Made by a program: the position numbers and the translations under genes
Notes under the pieces: model-generated
Database searches by the model: none
Seen by the model: the letters and a program-made list of their open reading frames with translations, nothing else
Told to the model about the DNA's origin: nothing
Shown here: one piece after another, positions 49,701-59,100 of the stretch
Layout of the letters: each line of letters starts with the position of its first letter
How positions within the stretch are numbered: the first letter of the stretch is position 1
From: Hydrolagus colliei
Lineage: Eukaryota
Length of the DNA: 64,000 nucleotides
Direction: 5' to 3'
Assembly: GCA_035084275.1 (NCBI GenBank)
Contig: CM068748.1
Location: 15,748,001 to 15,812,000 of the forward strand

Positions 49701-52700
49701 GAAATTGTTTCCTTGCTATTAAGGATATATTCTGAAAGATAAATTGTTGAATTTCTTTTCTACAACTACAATGAGATCCAGTGCCCCTTTTCTATTAACG
49801 TTTTGTGTTCATACAACATGGGGAAATGACAGCCCAGTAGTGTGAGAGAATGTAATTAATCAGAAGAATTTTAATAACATGCTTTTAGTTTGTTCCACGT
49901 GCCTATAAACCCCCACCGCCCTTTTTTAAAAAAAGTCAATGCAAGTTGTTATAAAAGCAATTATTGTGCACTTCACAGTTCACATATCTGGTGTTTTCAG
50001 ATGAAGTGGTATTTCATATTTTAAATATATGTTCATCAATTTTTCACCGCTAGATTGTGGAAGTTTGGCTTATCAAAGAGTGCAGAAAATTGAGTGCACC
50101 TCCCCAAGGCCTGTGCTTATCCTGGGACCACTGGTGGATGCTGTGAAGGATATGTTAGTCAAAGACTCCCCTGGAAAATTCTGCAGATGCCCATTAGGTA
50201 ATTTTAACTCATGATGAGCTTTAATTCTACAATTTATGTTCCCTTTATGTTATTACATGTTTTCCTTCTGTCTGGATTTATATATTAATACTGCTTCATT
50301 ATTCCTCCATTGTGAGTTTGTAAGAAATGTTTCCAGAAAAGTTGCATATTGACCTTAGAAAGTACTGTGCTATTGTTTGCTTAACACCAGTTCTTAAATA
50401 TCACAACTGTCAACTTTTTTTTATTATTTCAAAGATCAGCTGCACTTATTTCTGTTTAAACCTAAACACACTCATTAAAACACTCTCAGATTAGGCTTGT
50501 ATAAGGGTTGATTTAAATTTGCTGTACAATTGATATGAATGTTTATTAATTCAGATTAATAACGTTATAAGTAATTAAAAGTATACATCACAACAATGCT
50601 TGTGTACAATACATATTTCACAACGATTTAAATTGACCAAACCAAATGCTGCAGATGAGATAAAGTCCAATTTAATCTCCATATTGATCCAAATATAAAT
50701 CTATCAAAAGCTATCCCAAGTATTGTTGCATAGTTTCCAGTTCCATATCCAAAAGTATCCAGCTATTATTGTGCAGTTCCCAGTTTCATATCCAAGCATC
50801 AACATACATCTAGAGTTGCTCTACTTATAGTCTTGAGCTATCCTTTCTTCTGAAGCTGGAACATGGTTCGTGACTCCCAACTCCCAATTTCTTCCTTTCT
50901 CCATTTTCTTTCTCGAATCGATCTCTCTTTATCCAGTTTATTAGGTGACCTTCCACCCATTGTCCTTTGCAAGATGGCTCCTCTGAAAAAACAAATGCAA
51001 TACAACTCCCTCTCCATCTGCAGACCATTTCTCCATGAGAAAATTACTGATGATGACTGAAAACAGTTTGTTTCTTGTCTTTTGTTTCTTCTGCAAAGTT
51101 GGTCACTACCAGCTCCTATCAAGTGCAATTGGTTACGTATGTCTCAAATATATGTATATCACTAATATAATTTAAGATATTATTTAACACATTAATTACA
51201 GAATCCTACACTTGAATTAGATTACATGAGATGTACTCTCAGTTGCTGTTTAAAACATATCCAGTTTTAACTACCGTATATCTCCGCGTATAAGGCGCAC
51301 CCGTGTATAAGGCGCACCCCCCGTTTTTGACCTTTTCTTGGTGAAAAAAAACGGAAGCATTTTCAATGATATTGCCGGCAGAAGGGAGGAGAGACAGGAG
51401 AGACAGGTAGGTAGGGAGAGAGAGAGGCAGGCAGCCAGGCAGCCAGGGAGGGAGAGAGGGAGGCAGGGAGAGAGAGAGGGAGAGAGGCAGGCCGGCAGCG
51501 TGGGAGAGAGAGAGGGAGAGAGGCAGGCCGGCAGCCCGGGAGAGAGAGAGGGAGAGAGGCAGGCCGGCAGCCCGGGAGAGAGAGAGGAAGAGAGGCAGGC
51601 ACGCAGGCAGGGAGGGAGGGAGAGCGGCAGCCCAGGAGAGAGAGAGGGAGAGAGGCAGGCCGGAAGCCTGGGAGAGAGGGAGAGAGGCAGGCCGGCAGCC
51701 CGGGAGAGAGAGAGAGGCAGGCAGGCAGGCAGGGAGGGAGGGAGGGAGAGGCAGGCAGGCAGGGAGAGGCAGGCAGGCAGGGAGAGGCAGGCAGGCAGGG
51801 AGAGAGAGCGGCAGGGAGTGAGGCAGGCAGACTGGGTTCGGCAGAAGGTAAGCACAGCACTGAAGTCCGCTGCTGCTGCTGCTGCCCGGGCGGCCGAGGC
51901 CGAAGCCCCGTCACCCGCTCCCCCCAACCCCCGCCGGACACTGACCAAACCCTGGCTGACAGCGCGCCGGCCGCCCCTCCTGTTTACTGTATTTCAGAGG
52001 CTCAAAATTGCTTGTACCTGCGTATAGGGCGCACCCCCAACTTTCGAGATCTTCCGACCTGACAAAAGGTGCGCCTTATACGCGGAGATATACGGTATAT
52101 ACAATTTGCAATTCACATAGCATTTGGCAGCAAAATAGTTGTTTTATTATGTTTTAATTTCAACCAGCATATTTCAAGACAATTACATTTTATTTTGTTT
52201 GGAGCATTCAGATTAGAGCAATAATTAAGATCATTTGTTTTCACTGTTGCTTGTTACATTTTGCAGTGCTTTTGTAGGTTAATATTCAGATCTTGTAAGA
52301 TTACTTTTAGAATTGAGTAGTGAGATCCCACAGGCAATAAAAGACTATTTGGTCTTTCATGTATGAATTGCTAACACAGGCATTTGTGATAGGATTTCCC
52401 ATTATAAATGCATAAAGAAGAAACAGTGGTTTAAGATCTGCACGCTGTACTTTGCTGACCACAATAGTTGATGCTCTTTGAAGAATCTGGTTAAAAACTA
52501 TCAGTTTTTGTCTTTTTTTTCATTGAAAGTTTCAGTATTACGTTTCTCATTTGTTTCTTTTCAGAGATTATGAAAGCTTCACAGCAGGCAATTGAGCGAG
52601 GAGTGGCAGACTATCTCTTCATTGATTACAAGAGGAGGAGTGGCCATTTTGATGTTACAACTGTGGCTTCCATTAAAGAGATAACTGAGAAGGTGCCTCT

Positions 52701-54937
52701 TCTGTTCTACTCGTATAATTTATATAAATATAATGCAACACAAACTAACGAACGTGTTGTTTAACATTAAATTCCATATTGTGGAATGTATTATTCTATA
52801 TTGTAGTATTGTACATTATTATATTGTGTTGCAACACAAATTGATAAATATGCAGGGAATATTATGCTGTGGAAGTTTCAAAATGTATAAAAATCTACTG
52901 ACATTGACAGAAATCTTTTTTTTTAAAGTTATTCCACATTCTGCACCCATCCTCACTGACTTCAGAAATGCAGAATAATTTCTGGGCATCTACTGGTAGC
53001 TGATAACAAAGGATGTGGTTATGTCCTAAAAGCAGATCTAAAAATTTAGGCGATAGAAACTACAGCCAACAAAACCACCTGACTCCTGTTTTTATTACGG
53101 TTATATTACAACACGTTGTGATTTTGAACATGTTTATCAAACCTAAATTAACAATTGATTTTTTTGAATGTTCTATTATGCAAAGGTAATTCATTACCAT
53201 TTGCCTGCTTTCCTTAATGTGCTCTTCTTATTTTTTAGGACTGCCACTGTTTGCTTGATATTGCACCACATGCCATTGAGCGTCTGCACAGAATTCACAT
53301 CTATCCTATCGTCATATTCATTCGGTACAAGAATTTAAAGCAAATAAAGTGAGTAGCAGCTTAATCAAATAATTTTTATATTACATGTTTACATGTTACA
53401 TGCTTGTTGCAGAATTGGCATTGATGCTTGATAATGAAATTGGTGACTGCAGTGCAAGTGCTTGCTTGTATTTTTCAAGATGTCTAGTTTAGGAACATGC
53501 AGCTTTTCAAAATGTTACAGAAAAATTTGGCCGAATTTATTGTCTGTCATAAATTGTGCAGCACACACTCCAATTGATTATTTTGCTTCCCTTAAATGCA
53601 ATAGAAAGTTACTAAAATAATTTGCTTGCGAAATGGATTTGGTGTGTTTCTTATGCAAAATGACTAAAATGTGAATTTTATTTTTTAGTACAAGACAACT
53701 TTTGTTTCTAAATATTAAATGATTATGTGTATTGAATCAAACACTAATGGCTGTATTGTGTTTGCAGAGAGCAAAAGGACCCAATCTTTCTTAAAGATAA
53801 AGGTACGCAAAAGAAACATTCCAAGGAACAGTTTGAAGCTGCTCAAAAAATTGAACAAGAGTACAGCAAGTTTTTCACAGGTAAACATCTGTTGCTCTGG
53901 ATTGAATTATGGATCAATGTCAGCATTTTAACTAGGCAGCAAAAAGAACCTTTTAAATCTAAGAACCAGTTTATTTTTGTATGATTTAGCCAATACAATT
54001 TTTTTAACGATTATTTAAATGTTACAGAAATTGCCTGTAATATTGCCAGTCAAATATTCCATGACTTTTGAAGTTATTTCTGACATTTTTTGTTCAGTGT
54101 GATATATTGCTGGTGAAGTTTTTAATTAAGTGATTTGTAACAATTATAAAACATTGTGAAATGATTTGTAAAAAATGTTCATATATAATTAAAATATTCA
54201 TTTACAGTATATTATGTGAAGCAGTTTGAGACGTCTTGAAGATGTGAAAAGCACTATATCAAATGCAAGGATTATTATTTTTTAAAAGTGACTGGCTACA
54301 TTGTTAAATTCAGACACAACAGATTTATGTGGTCAATTCTTTCTAATGTTACTCAGTCACTTCAGATTTATGGGATATTACTTTGTACTACATGTACACA
54401 GCAACTACACTTCAGTAAATCCTGTGAAGCATTTTGAGCTGTTTGATACAAGGTGACAAATGCAAGGATTAAGTAACCTTCCTGATTTTAAATTACAACA
54501 ATATTGATGTTGATTACGGTGGCTTCCCAGGTGAATTTAAATTTGTTTTTGCATCTTTTATTATGACAGCTCCACAAAATATAAAAGAACCAATCTAAAA
54601 TTGTAATGTATCATGTTATTGGCATGTCACACAATAGAATGGGAAGGAAGTGGCTACAGTGGTTTATTGTCTACCAGAACAGTAAAACGTTCTTTCAGAG
54701 ACTATACTTATGACTCCATGTTGGTAAATTGGCTTTTGTCAATTGATATGTGGCAGATGCTTCACCTTTGCAGGATAGGAAAAAAAACATAAGTTTTATT
54801 AAAACTGTTAATTGTCCTCCATCTCCCTCATAGGTATTGTCCAAGGAGGCAGCCTGCCCTACATTTGCACTCAGATCATGACAATTGTTGATCAAGAACA
54901 AAACAAAGTTCTATGGATTCCAGCTGGAACACTCTAG
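9694..54937 (+). CDS. DLG5: DLG5 multi-exon gene, 5'-partial (exon 1/CARD outside window); coiled-coil-4xPDZ-SH3-GUK MAGUK scaffold
   Basis: 32 GT-AG exons join in a single frame (5837 nt, ending TAG). Peptides match DLG5 as recalled: [117 protein letters not shown]...[50 protein letters not shown]. Confidence 0.98.
9776..10308 (-). mobile_element. L2 LINE 3' fragment
   Basis: (CAA)n tail on + strand; minus strand resembles the L2 ORF2 C-terminus and 3' UTR; similar to 63690-64000. Confidence 0.85.
10707..10881 (+). CDS. DLG5: DLG5 exon 3 (175 nt)
   Basis: catag|GTACC...TGTAG|gtaagg; [38 protein letters not shown]. Confidence 0.92.
11264..11407 (+). CDS. DLG5: DLG5 exon 4 (144 nt)
   Basis: gacag|GCCC...TATCA|gtaagt; [23 protein letters not shown]. 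Confidence 0.95.
14241..14424 (+). CDS. DLG5: DLG5 exon 5 (184 nt)
   Basis: ttccag|CACA...CAACAA|gtaggt; [24 protein letters not shown]...[16 protein letters not shown]. Confidence 0.95.
19131..19443 (-). mobile_element. tRNA-derived SINE, same family
   Basis: TTGCATTTGATAGAGCGCC tail and TGTGGAGTAAGAAAACTTACCC body in reverse orientation. Confidence 0.85.
19500..19810 (+). mobile_element. CR1 LINE 3' fragment, interrupted by (TA)n at about 19694-19732
   Basis: SRAKGHRV...[26 protein letters not shown] resembles the CR1 ORF2 C-terminus (TRGH...FFTQRV.N.WN.LP..VV). Confidence 0.7.
19885..20010 (-). mobile_element. short L2 3'-UTR fragment
   Basis: reverse complement matches the tail of 29455-29997 (ATTGTGAAGCGCTCTGAGAC...GGAGGGTGCTATACAAATCGAAGTTG). 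Confidence 0.75.
22484..22755 (+). CDS. DLG5: DLG5 exon 6 (272 nt)
   Basis: tgcag|GTTATG...AAGAG|gtgagg; [36 protein letters not shown]. Confidence 0.96.
23365..23677 (+). CDS. DLG5: DLG5 exon 7 (313 nt)
   Basis: ttaag|GTATGAT...CGACAG|gtgaga; [38 protein letters not shown]. Confidence 0.95.
24749..24979 (+). CDS. DLG5: DLG5 extra coiled-coil exon ('7b', 231 nt, phase 0-0)
   Basis: ctacag|GAGCTT...AGACAG|gtgagc; [23 protein letters not shown]...[16 protein letters not shown]; same ERD/ERN heptad style as the neighbouring exons. Confidence 0.9.
25315..25996 (-). mobile_element. L2 LINE 3' fragment
   Basis: caacaacaa tail; minus-strand LAPPYLSDP and IQNSAA-like L2 ORF2 motifs; related to 29455-29997. 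Confidence 0.85.
26425..26609 (+). CDS. DLG5: DLG5 exon 8 (185 nt)
   Basis: tacag|AAACAA...ATACG|gtaagc; [27 protein letters not shown]. Confidence 0.96.
27230..27355 (+). CDS. DLG5: DLG5 exon 9 (126 nt)
   Basis: tgtag|AACTC...TTGAA|gttcgt (weak donor); [26 protein letters not shown]. Confidence 0.93.
28935..29067 (+). CDS. DLG5: DLG5 exon 10 (133 nt)
   Basis: tacag|GGAG...GACAGG|gtatgc; [38 protein letters not shown]. Confidence 0.96.
29455..29997 (+). mobile_element. L2 LINE 3' fragment
   Basis: translates [14 protein letters not shown]...[23 protein letters not shown]...[17 protein letters not shown]; ends TATATAAATCGAAG(TTG)n. Confidence 0.92.
30167..30294 (+). CDS. DLG5: DLG5 exon 11 (128 nt), PDZ1 N-half
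   Basis: tatag|GATGAC...TTAAG|gtatga; [12 protein letters not shown]...[19 protein letters not shown]. Confidence 0.96.
30433..30608 (+). CDS. DLG5: DLG5 exon 12 (176 nt), PDZ1 C-half
   Basis: tttag|GGTG...CAAAG|gtaatt; [13 protein letters not shown]...[13 protein letters not shown]. Confidence 0.96.
30685..31025 (+). mobile_element. old, diverged tRNA-headed SINE
   Basis: TGGCTCAGTTGATAACACT...CTCTGAGTTAGAAG head, degenerate core and AGCGTTTTGAG tail; similar decayed copies near 2730-3110, 38310-38480, 41085-41300, 56780-56940. Confidence 0.55.
31401..31504 (+). CDS. DLG5: DLG5 exon 13 (104 nt), PDZ2
   Basis: tgcag|ACAGT...ATAACT|gtaagt; [35 protein letters not shown]. Confidence 0.95.
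31698..31790 (+). CDS. DLG5: DLG5 exon 14 (93 nt), PDZ2
   Basis: tacag|ATAAAT...ATGAAG|gtacga; [31 protein letters not shown]. Confidence 0.95.
32215..33225 (+). CDS. DLG5: DLG5 exon 15 (1011 nt), Ser/Pro-rich linker
   Basis: cgaag|GTGATT...CCCCAG|gtacat; [46 protein letters not shown]. Confidence 0.96.
34078..34261 (+). CDS. DLG5: DLG5 exon 16 (184 nt)
   Basis: tacag|GAGAAT...TCATCAG|gttggt; [20 protein letters not shown]; phase 0-1. Confidence 0.88.
34436..34795 (+). mobile_element. tRNA-derived SINE, same family
   Basis: AGTGGTTAGAGCAC...TTCGATTCCCGGGC head; ATCAAATGCAAGGATAATTATTATT tail. Confidence 0.88.
35888..35996 (+). promoter_or_regulatory. candidate internal promoter / alternative first exon of DLG5
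   Basis: AP-1 TGAGTCA (35920-35926), NRF1-type GCGCCTGCGCA (35933-35943), local CpG cluster, donor ACAG|gtaaca at 35996 in phase with exon 17. Confidence 0.4.
36170..36323 (+). CDS. DLG5: DLG5 exon 17 (154 nt)
   Basis: tacag|GCAAT...CACAG|gtatta; [18 protein letters not shown]; phase 1-2. Confidence 0.9.
36646..36759 (+). CDS. DLG5: candidate DLG5 cassette exon '17b' (114 nt, phase 2-2)
   Basis: U-rich tract...aatag|AACAAGG...TTAAG|gtaaga; open in the DLG5 frame: [37 protein letters not shown]. Confidence 0.7.
37090..37220 (+). CDS. DLG5: DLG5 exon 18 (131 nt)
   Basis: tgtag|CCCAC...CATTG|gtataa; HSLDLT...[13 protein letters not shown]. Confidence 0.9.
37306..37404 (+). CDS. DLG5: DLG5 exon 19 (99 nt; NAGNAG acceptor, alternative start 37303)
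   Basis: ctcagcag|GTTCT...TAGAG|gtaact; [33 protein letters not shown]. Confidence 0.92.
37692..37826 (-). mobile_element. Penelope-like element terminal-repeat fragment
   Basis: CAGATGCTG...CTCAGCAGATCAGGCAGCATCTATGGAG...AACGTTTTGGG...CCCTTCGTCAG; second copy at 44150-44248. Confidence 0.65.
37870..38026 (+). CDS. DLG5: DLG5 exon 20 (157 nt)
   Basis: atcag|GTTCT...GACAG|gtacaa; [23 protein letters not shown]...GDRRKDR. Confidence 0.93.
40568..40645 (+). CDS. DLG5: candidate DLG5 cassette exon '20b' (78 nt, phase 2-2)
   Basis: about 50-nt pyrimidine tract + tttag|ATACC...CTGAG|gttggc; open in frame: [25 protein letters not shown]. Confidence 0.7.
41320..41594 (-). mobile_element. tRNA-derived SINE, same family (3'-truncated)
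   Basis: GTGGAGTAAGGAAACTTGCC...TCTAACCACTTAGCTAAAGAACTCCA. Confidence 0.85.
43103..43141 (+). CDS. DLG5: candidate DLG5 micro-exon '20c' (39 nt, phase 2-2)
   Basis: ccttaac branch-like motif, ttccttctcactttctag|CCTGTC...CAGTG|gtaact; in frame (S)[12 protein letters not shown](W). Confidence 0.55.
43388..43550 (+). CDS. DLG5: DLG5 exon 21 (163 nt), PDZ3
   Basis: taaag|GCCTT...CTTGAG|gtaaat; [35 protein letters not shown]. Confidence 0.96.
43817..43956 (+). CDS. DLG5: DLG5 exon 22 (140 nt), PDZ3
   Basis: ggcag|TATAAC...TCCAG|gtgaga; [20 protein letters not shown]...LAQYNPHM. Confidence 0.96.
44150..44248 (-). mobile_element. Penelope-like element terminal-repeat fragment with hammerhead core
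   Basis: minus strand reads CTGACGA-A-GGGTC-GTG-GACTC-GAAA-CGTT. Confidence 0.7.
44484..44648 (+). CDS. DLG5: DLG5 exon 23 (165 nt)
   Basis: gtcag|TTCTC...ATGAG|gtgagg; [34 protein letters not shown]. Confidence 0.93.
45027..45210 (+). CDS. DLG5: DLG5 exon 24 (184 nt), PDZ4
   Basis: aacag|GAAG...CTGGAG|gtaaaa; [37 protein letters not shown]. Confidence 0.96.
45751..45962 (-). mobile_element. SINE fragment: Deu-like core with a different L2-derived tail
   Basis: (CAAA)n + TATAGCGCCTTTCACGTCGAGAGGACATCCCAAGGCGCTG tail joined to GCGAAACGCGGCAGCTAAATTGCGCACAGCAGTGTCCCAC core. Confidence 0.75.
46003..46318 (-). mobile_element. tRNA-derived SINE, same family
   Basis: reverse-orientation body and head (ACTTGCCCAA...TTAACCACTAAG). 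Confidence 0.83.
46819..46997 (-). mobile_element. second copy of the Deu-core/L2-tail SINE fragment
   Basis: near-identical to 45751-45950; (CAAT)n tail. Confidence 0.75.
47745..47893 (+). CDS. DLG5: DLG5 exon 25 (149 nt), PDZ4 end
   Basis: tgcag|TACAAT...ATCAG|gtattt; AYVEMLK...[17 protein letters not shown]. Confidence 0.95.
48582..48752 (+). CDS. DLG5: DLG5 exon 26 (171 nt), SH3
   Basis: ttcag|AGCAC...TACAT|gtaagc; [56 protein letters not shown]. Confidence 0.97.
49423..49619 (+). CDS. DLG5: DLG5 exon 27 (197 nt), HOOK region
   Basis: ggtag|GATGG...GGAAG|gtataa; [16 protein letters not shown]...[17 protein letters not shown]. Confidence 0.96.
50054..50197 (+). CDS. DLG5: DLG5 exon 28 (144 nt), GUK
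   Basis: gctag|ATTG...ATTAG|gtaatt; [24 protein letters not shown]...PGKFCRCPL. Confidence 0.96.
51274..52095 (-). mobile_element. complete Tc1/mariner-superfamily MITE (about 820 bp) with internal 36-bp minisatellite
   Basis: 28-bp perfect TIRs CCGTATATCTCCGCGTATAAGGCGCACC / GGTGCGCCTTATACGCGGAGATATACGG; TA on both flanks; subterminal TATA(A/G)GGCGCAC repeats; no transposase. Confidence 0.92.
52565..52692 (+). CDS. DLG5: DLG5 exon 29 (128 nt), GUK
   Basis: ttcag|AGATT...GAGAAG|gtgcct; [12 protein letters not shown]...[23 protein letters not shown]. Confidence 0.96.
53239..53348 (+). CDS. DLG5: DLG5 exon 30 (110 nt), GUK
   Basis: tttag|GACTGC...ATAAA|gtgagt; [29 protein letters not shown]. 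Confidence 0.96.
53768..53880 (+). CDS. DLG5: DLG5 exon 31 (113 nt), GUK
   Basis: tgcag|AGAG...CACAG|gtaaac; [11 protein letters not shown]...[22 protein letters not shown]. Confidence 0.95.
54834..54937 (+). CDS. DLG5: DLG5 last coding exon (104 nt to stop)
   Basis: catag|GTATT...CTC TAG; [33 protein letters not shown]. Confidence 0.96.
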
Positions 54938-56620
54938 GACCTAATTTAAGCAACTCAAAATCCCACTGAAGATCATCATCAAAATGTTTAGAATTCGTTC
55001 AACACAGGCATGGAACCAATCTGAAGATTGCCGATCACATGAAAGGATGCCGTGTGCTGAATAGACTTGTAGCTTGCAAATGATTTGCTTTGGTCTGAAG
55101 GCTTTTGGAGAACATTGGGCAAAAGACTGTTAAATGTACTCCACTTCATCCTGGCATTGACTGTACTCTCTGTCATGCAAGAGTTTTCAAATAGAACTAA
55201 AACAGGACTTATTTGAATTTTTATTCTCTTCACCCCACCCCATCCCACAAAAAAAGTTTCAATAAGTGATGCTGCAACTAAACTTAGAAACCACACGTTT
55301 ACAAGTAATTTCCTGAGTATTTGTTTTAAATGTTTACTTGAATGTTTATAAACTTTTCTTATTCCTGTTTTTTGGATGAGGCAACCCTTTGAACAGGGTG
55401 AAGTTTGTGCATGTGAATTAGGCAGATTTACCTGGTTATGTGATATCGATGGTGCCCTGAAATTTGACTGGCAGATTGAACCCCTTTGAAAACATTTGGT
55501 ACCGAGTGGTCATGTGGTCAGTACAAAGGTATTGTGATTGGTACTTTTTGGAGTGAATTCTGAATGTTGTGCACTCCTGTAAAGGGCAGACCACTGCAGT
55601 TTTGTTGCTTTTATTTTTGTCTGTTGAAAATTTATTTTTCTGCATGAATCTTAATATTTAAACAGCATAATGTTTCTGATCTTAATGTATAAACTAATAC
55701 TTAATTGTTGGGCCTAATAACATGTAGCAAGGGGTAATGAGAAGTTTAGATGGGCCTAGCATGCTGATATGACACTTTCTAAAAGCTGTAAATATTAAAA
55801 GTGACTCATCCTGGTGCAATTTTGCAAGTTATGTTGAGCTTTTTTTTAAAAAAAATCCTGAGTGTGTAGCAGTCAAATAGATTTTATTTAACTTTTGGAA
55901 CTATTTCCCTGCCTAGGGGTTTTTTGTCCGAGTATATGTAGCTATGAGGCACAGTAAATAATTGTAGTGTTGCCACTGTCTGGAGATTGGTATTGAATCT
56001 GCTTGTTTTTTCCACATATTGTGCCAAAATTTTGACAATTTGTATCCTCTGCTTTCATGTTGCACTTGTGAATCCATGTGTACTGAGCACATGATTGCTT
56101 CTGGTCTTCATGTTTGTATCATGTTTTAGGTAGCTATCTACTGTACGTACAGACTAATGCAACTGAATGATTAAAGAAAATCTGAGACTGTTCCTAACAT
56201 TTCACTAATTGCCTGGTGCATGACAGCCTTTTTTCATTTGAACAAAATACCGAGATTGCTTTCTGTAAAGAAAAGGGATGTTTTCATTTTAAATTGATAT
56301 GAAATTCTAAAATTATCCTATTGAGTTCAAGGCACAATATTCTGCTTAGCAGAGTGACACGAACAATGTGTGCTTCAAATGGGGAAATAAAAATCCCATT
56401 GTTGACCCATGTCTTCACAGTCACTTCACTCAACTCTCCCACTGCTTCTGCCAGTATAAGTTATTGCGGGGTACAGTTGAAGAGTGACAAAGATGGTATA
56501 GCATAAACAGGTACTCGTTGATGTCTTTTCTGTGCCAAAACAAGAATGTTACTTTGTATCAAATGTATCTAAAGGAAATTGATTAGTACAAGAATAAAGG
56601 TCAATTTCTGTGACTGAAGA
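54938..56620 (+). other. DLG5: probable DLG5 3' UTR (about 1.7 kb)
   Basis: AT-rich stretch with no recognised repeat, running from the stop codon to an AATAAA; repeats resume downstream; 3' end inferred. Confidence 0.55.
56593..56598 (+). terminator. candidate polyadenylation signal AATAAA
   Basis: AATAAA preceded by two TGTA elements (about 56556-56568) and followed by U/GU-rich sequence; a second AATAAA lies at 56386-56391. Confidence 0.55.
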
Positions 56621-59100
56621 TGAACGTTTTTCATCAAACCTTTGCATTTGAAGTGTTCTGGCTGGAGTCCTGCATTACTGCTTAACGAAAGGTTGGTCAG
56701 TAAATCATCATAAGTACAACCAAGAAAGTTCTTTGTCTTTTAGTGTGAAGATGAGCTACCATGCATTGGGTAGTAAATTGGCTCCTAAACATTCACAATA
56801 TGTGAACTGAAGGATAGTACCTCTGACAAGCAGTGTTTCTCAATACTGTGCTGAAGTGTCAGCTCCTTTCTTTATGTGGGACTTGAATCCATACCTCTTT
56901 ACCCAGAAACAGTGCTATCAATTGAGCCAAGCTGACAATTGTGGGAGGGACTCATGAATAATGGAGCAGTGGCTTCAGGAAGGATAAACGAAAGTCTGAG
57001 GCAATGGGAATATGAGAGGCAGAGGAAGATTGGATGAGGGCCAAGAATGAGTGATCCAGAGTTGGGCAAAAGGGACAGGTTATAAAACTGACAATGGGTG
57101 GAAAAGTTAAAGTGATCATTGTGGTCATGATAAACATTCTGGATAAAAAGGGCATCAATGGGTAAAAGCAGTTGTTCCCACGTATTCAACTTTGACCTAT
57201 TATATTTGCTGAACTCCTTCGCAGATGACGTAATGCAGTATATTTGAAGAGGTAAAACAAATTCCACTATTCTCATTAGAGCCCCACCAAAATGTAATTG
57301 TTTGGCTCAGCTATGATGATAGCAGATCTGGTTTAACTACATTAATATGGTTAGCTTGAATTCGCAGTCCTGCACTGGAAGCACACGTCCTTTACTTAGC
57401 CTTGACAGCTCTTGTGATGCACAAAGGAACCTTGACACATTTACAATTCAAGGACTTGCCAAGTCTTCAGAAACTATTTGTGTGGTCTGCAGGAAGGTAT
57501 TTATTTACCAATTTAAACATTAAAATTGTACGGTTTGGTGAACTTGCACTTCATGCTTTTTAAAAAAAAATCACTTCAGAAGTTAAGTGTGACCTTCTTT
57601 GAGGTTTTGGTATTTGAACTGGTTTCCATTGTTGATTGGACAGCTTCCTACTCTTAAAAACATGACTATAAGATCGCTGCTGACTTTGCAACTAATCAAT
57701 AATGAATGGAAAGGTGCAGGTGATGGTTAATTACAGATGGCTCAAACATCTTGTCAATTGGACTCCAGACAGGATCACTTCAAGGCATTGCAGCGCTTGA
57801 GAATCACTACTTTGCAGAAAACTGAAAAAGACATTTTGTGATGAGGCATGATTGCAAAGATTATTGGGTAAGTGTTTAAAATTCTGAAAAGGCTCTACGA
57901 AATAAGCAGTGTAGTTATTGCCCTGGTTGGTCAGTCAGTTCTGAGAATGAAATTAGGATAAAATGGGTTACAATGCAATAAAATTTACACTTACTTTTTG
58001 CTTTTCAGCAGGGAGGAGGTCTGAAAGCATGCCACAATTGGCTGAGGAGGAGTGGGGGAGAGGGAGCAGAAATAATAATAATAACAATAATAATCCTTGC
58101 ATTTGATATAGAGCTCTTCAGCGCCCTAGGACATCCTCCCAACATTAAATTTTGTTGTTGTTTGTTGTTTTCACATCTAGATGTCTCAAAGTGCTTAACA
58201 GAATACACTGTAAAGTGAATGGTCTGTATACTTGTGGGCGAAATGCAGCATACGCCACAGTTGAGCACTCTGGGATGTAACCCAGCACGGAGCATGCTGT
58301 ATACCTGCAAGTTGTTATCTTGGTGTTGTTGACCTCCTGGTATCACCCCATTGATCACTTCAACTAATATGGAGTAAAATACATGTGCTATTATTTACTT
58401 TGCATTGAAGCATCCTTGAAAAATTAGATTTAGTTCAAAGTGGTATTGATCATCAGTGTTCACCATCCAACTGGTCTCCAAATATTTTCATTAATGATGG
58501 GGGAAAAAAATGGTTTGTTTAGTTTCTTCCTTGTTCCAGGAGCAACATTTGGGAGTTTTCCAAGGTAAAGTCATCAGTACCTCCCAAATTTGCAATGCTT
58601 TTTATCAGTCTTGAGAGGATGGAAGATTGAGTGGATTTAAATGACATTTGGCCGAGCACTTTGCCAACTAATCTATGGTAGTCGTACTAATGTATTAATC
58701 CTACACCATCCACTGAACAGATCAAAAACAGGGCTATTTTGAGTGTTGATAGTCAACAGTGACAAAGAATACAGGGAAAGAAGTCACAAAATATAGTCCC
58801 AGGACAGTTGCTGTCATGACCATGAATCCTCTCTTGCAGTTAAAACAATCGTTTGCTTGGGTATGTCAGACTCTTAAAAAACTTACATCGTTGCAGATCA
58901 AAAAGGGGTACTGATATTTAAAATATTATATTTATTATCTGTCCTATTCCATCATTAAAAAGGGCATGTTATCCTTGAGAGATGGTCGCTTTTTGGAAGG
59001 TCCAGCAATTTTTTAATCTAAAAAGCTGCAAATGGACGGACTCAAAACTGAGTGTCCCTTATTTAATGGGGCTCCAATCAGTATAATTGCTCTAATTCCA

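Noticed and set aside
51271-52027. Overlapping 192-229 aa ORFs
   Set aside because: Same MITE minisatellite; no DDE transposase motifs
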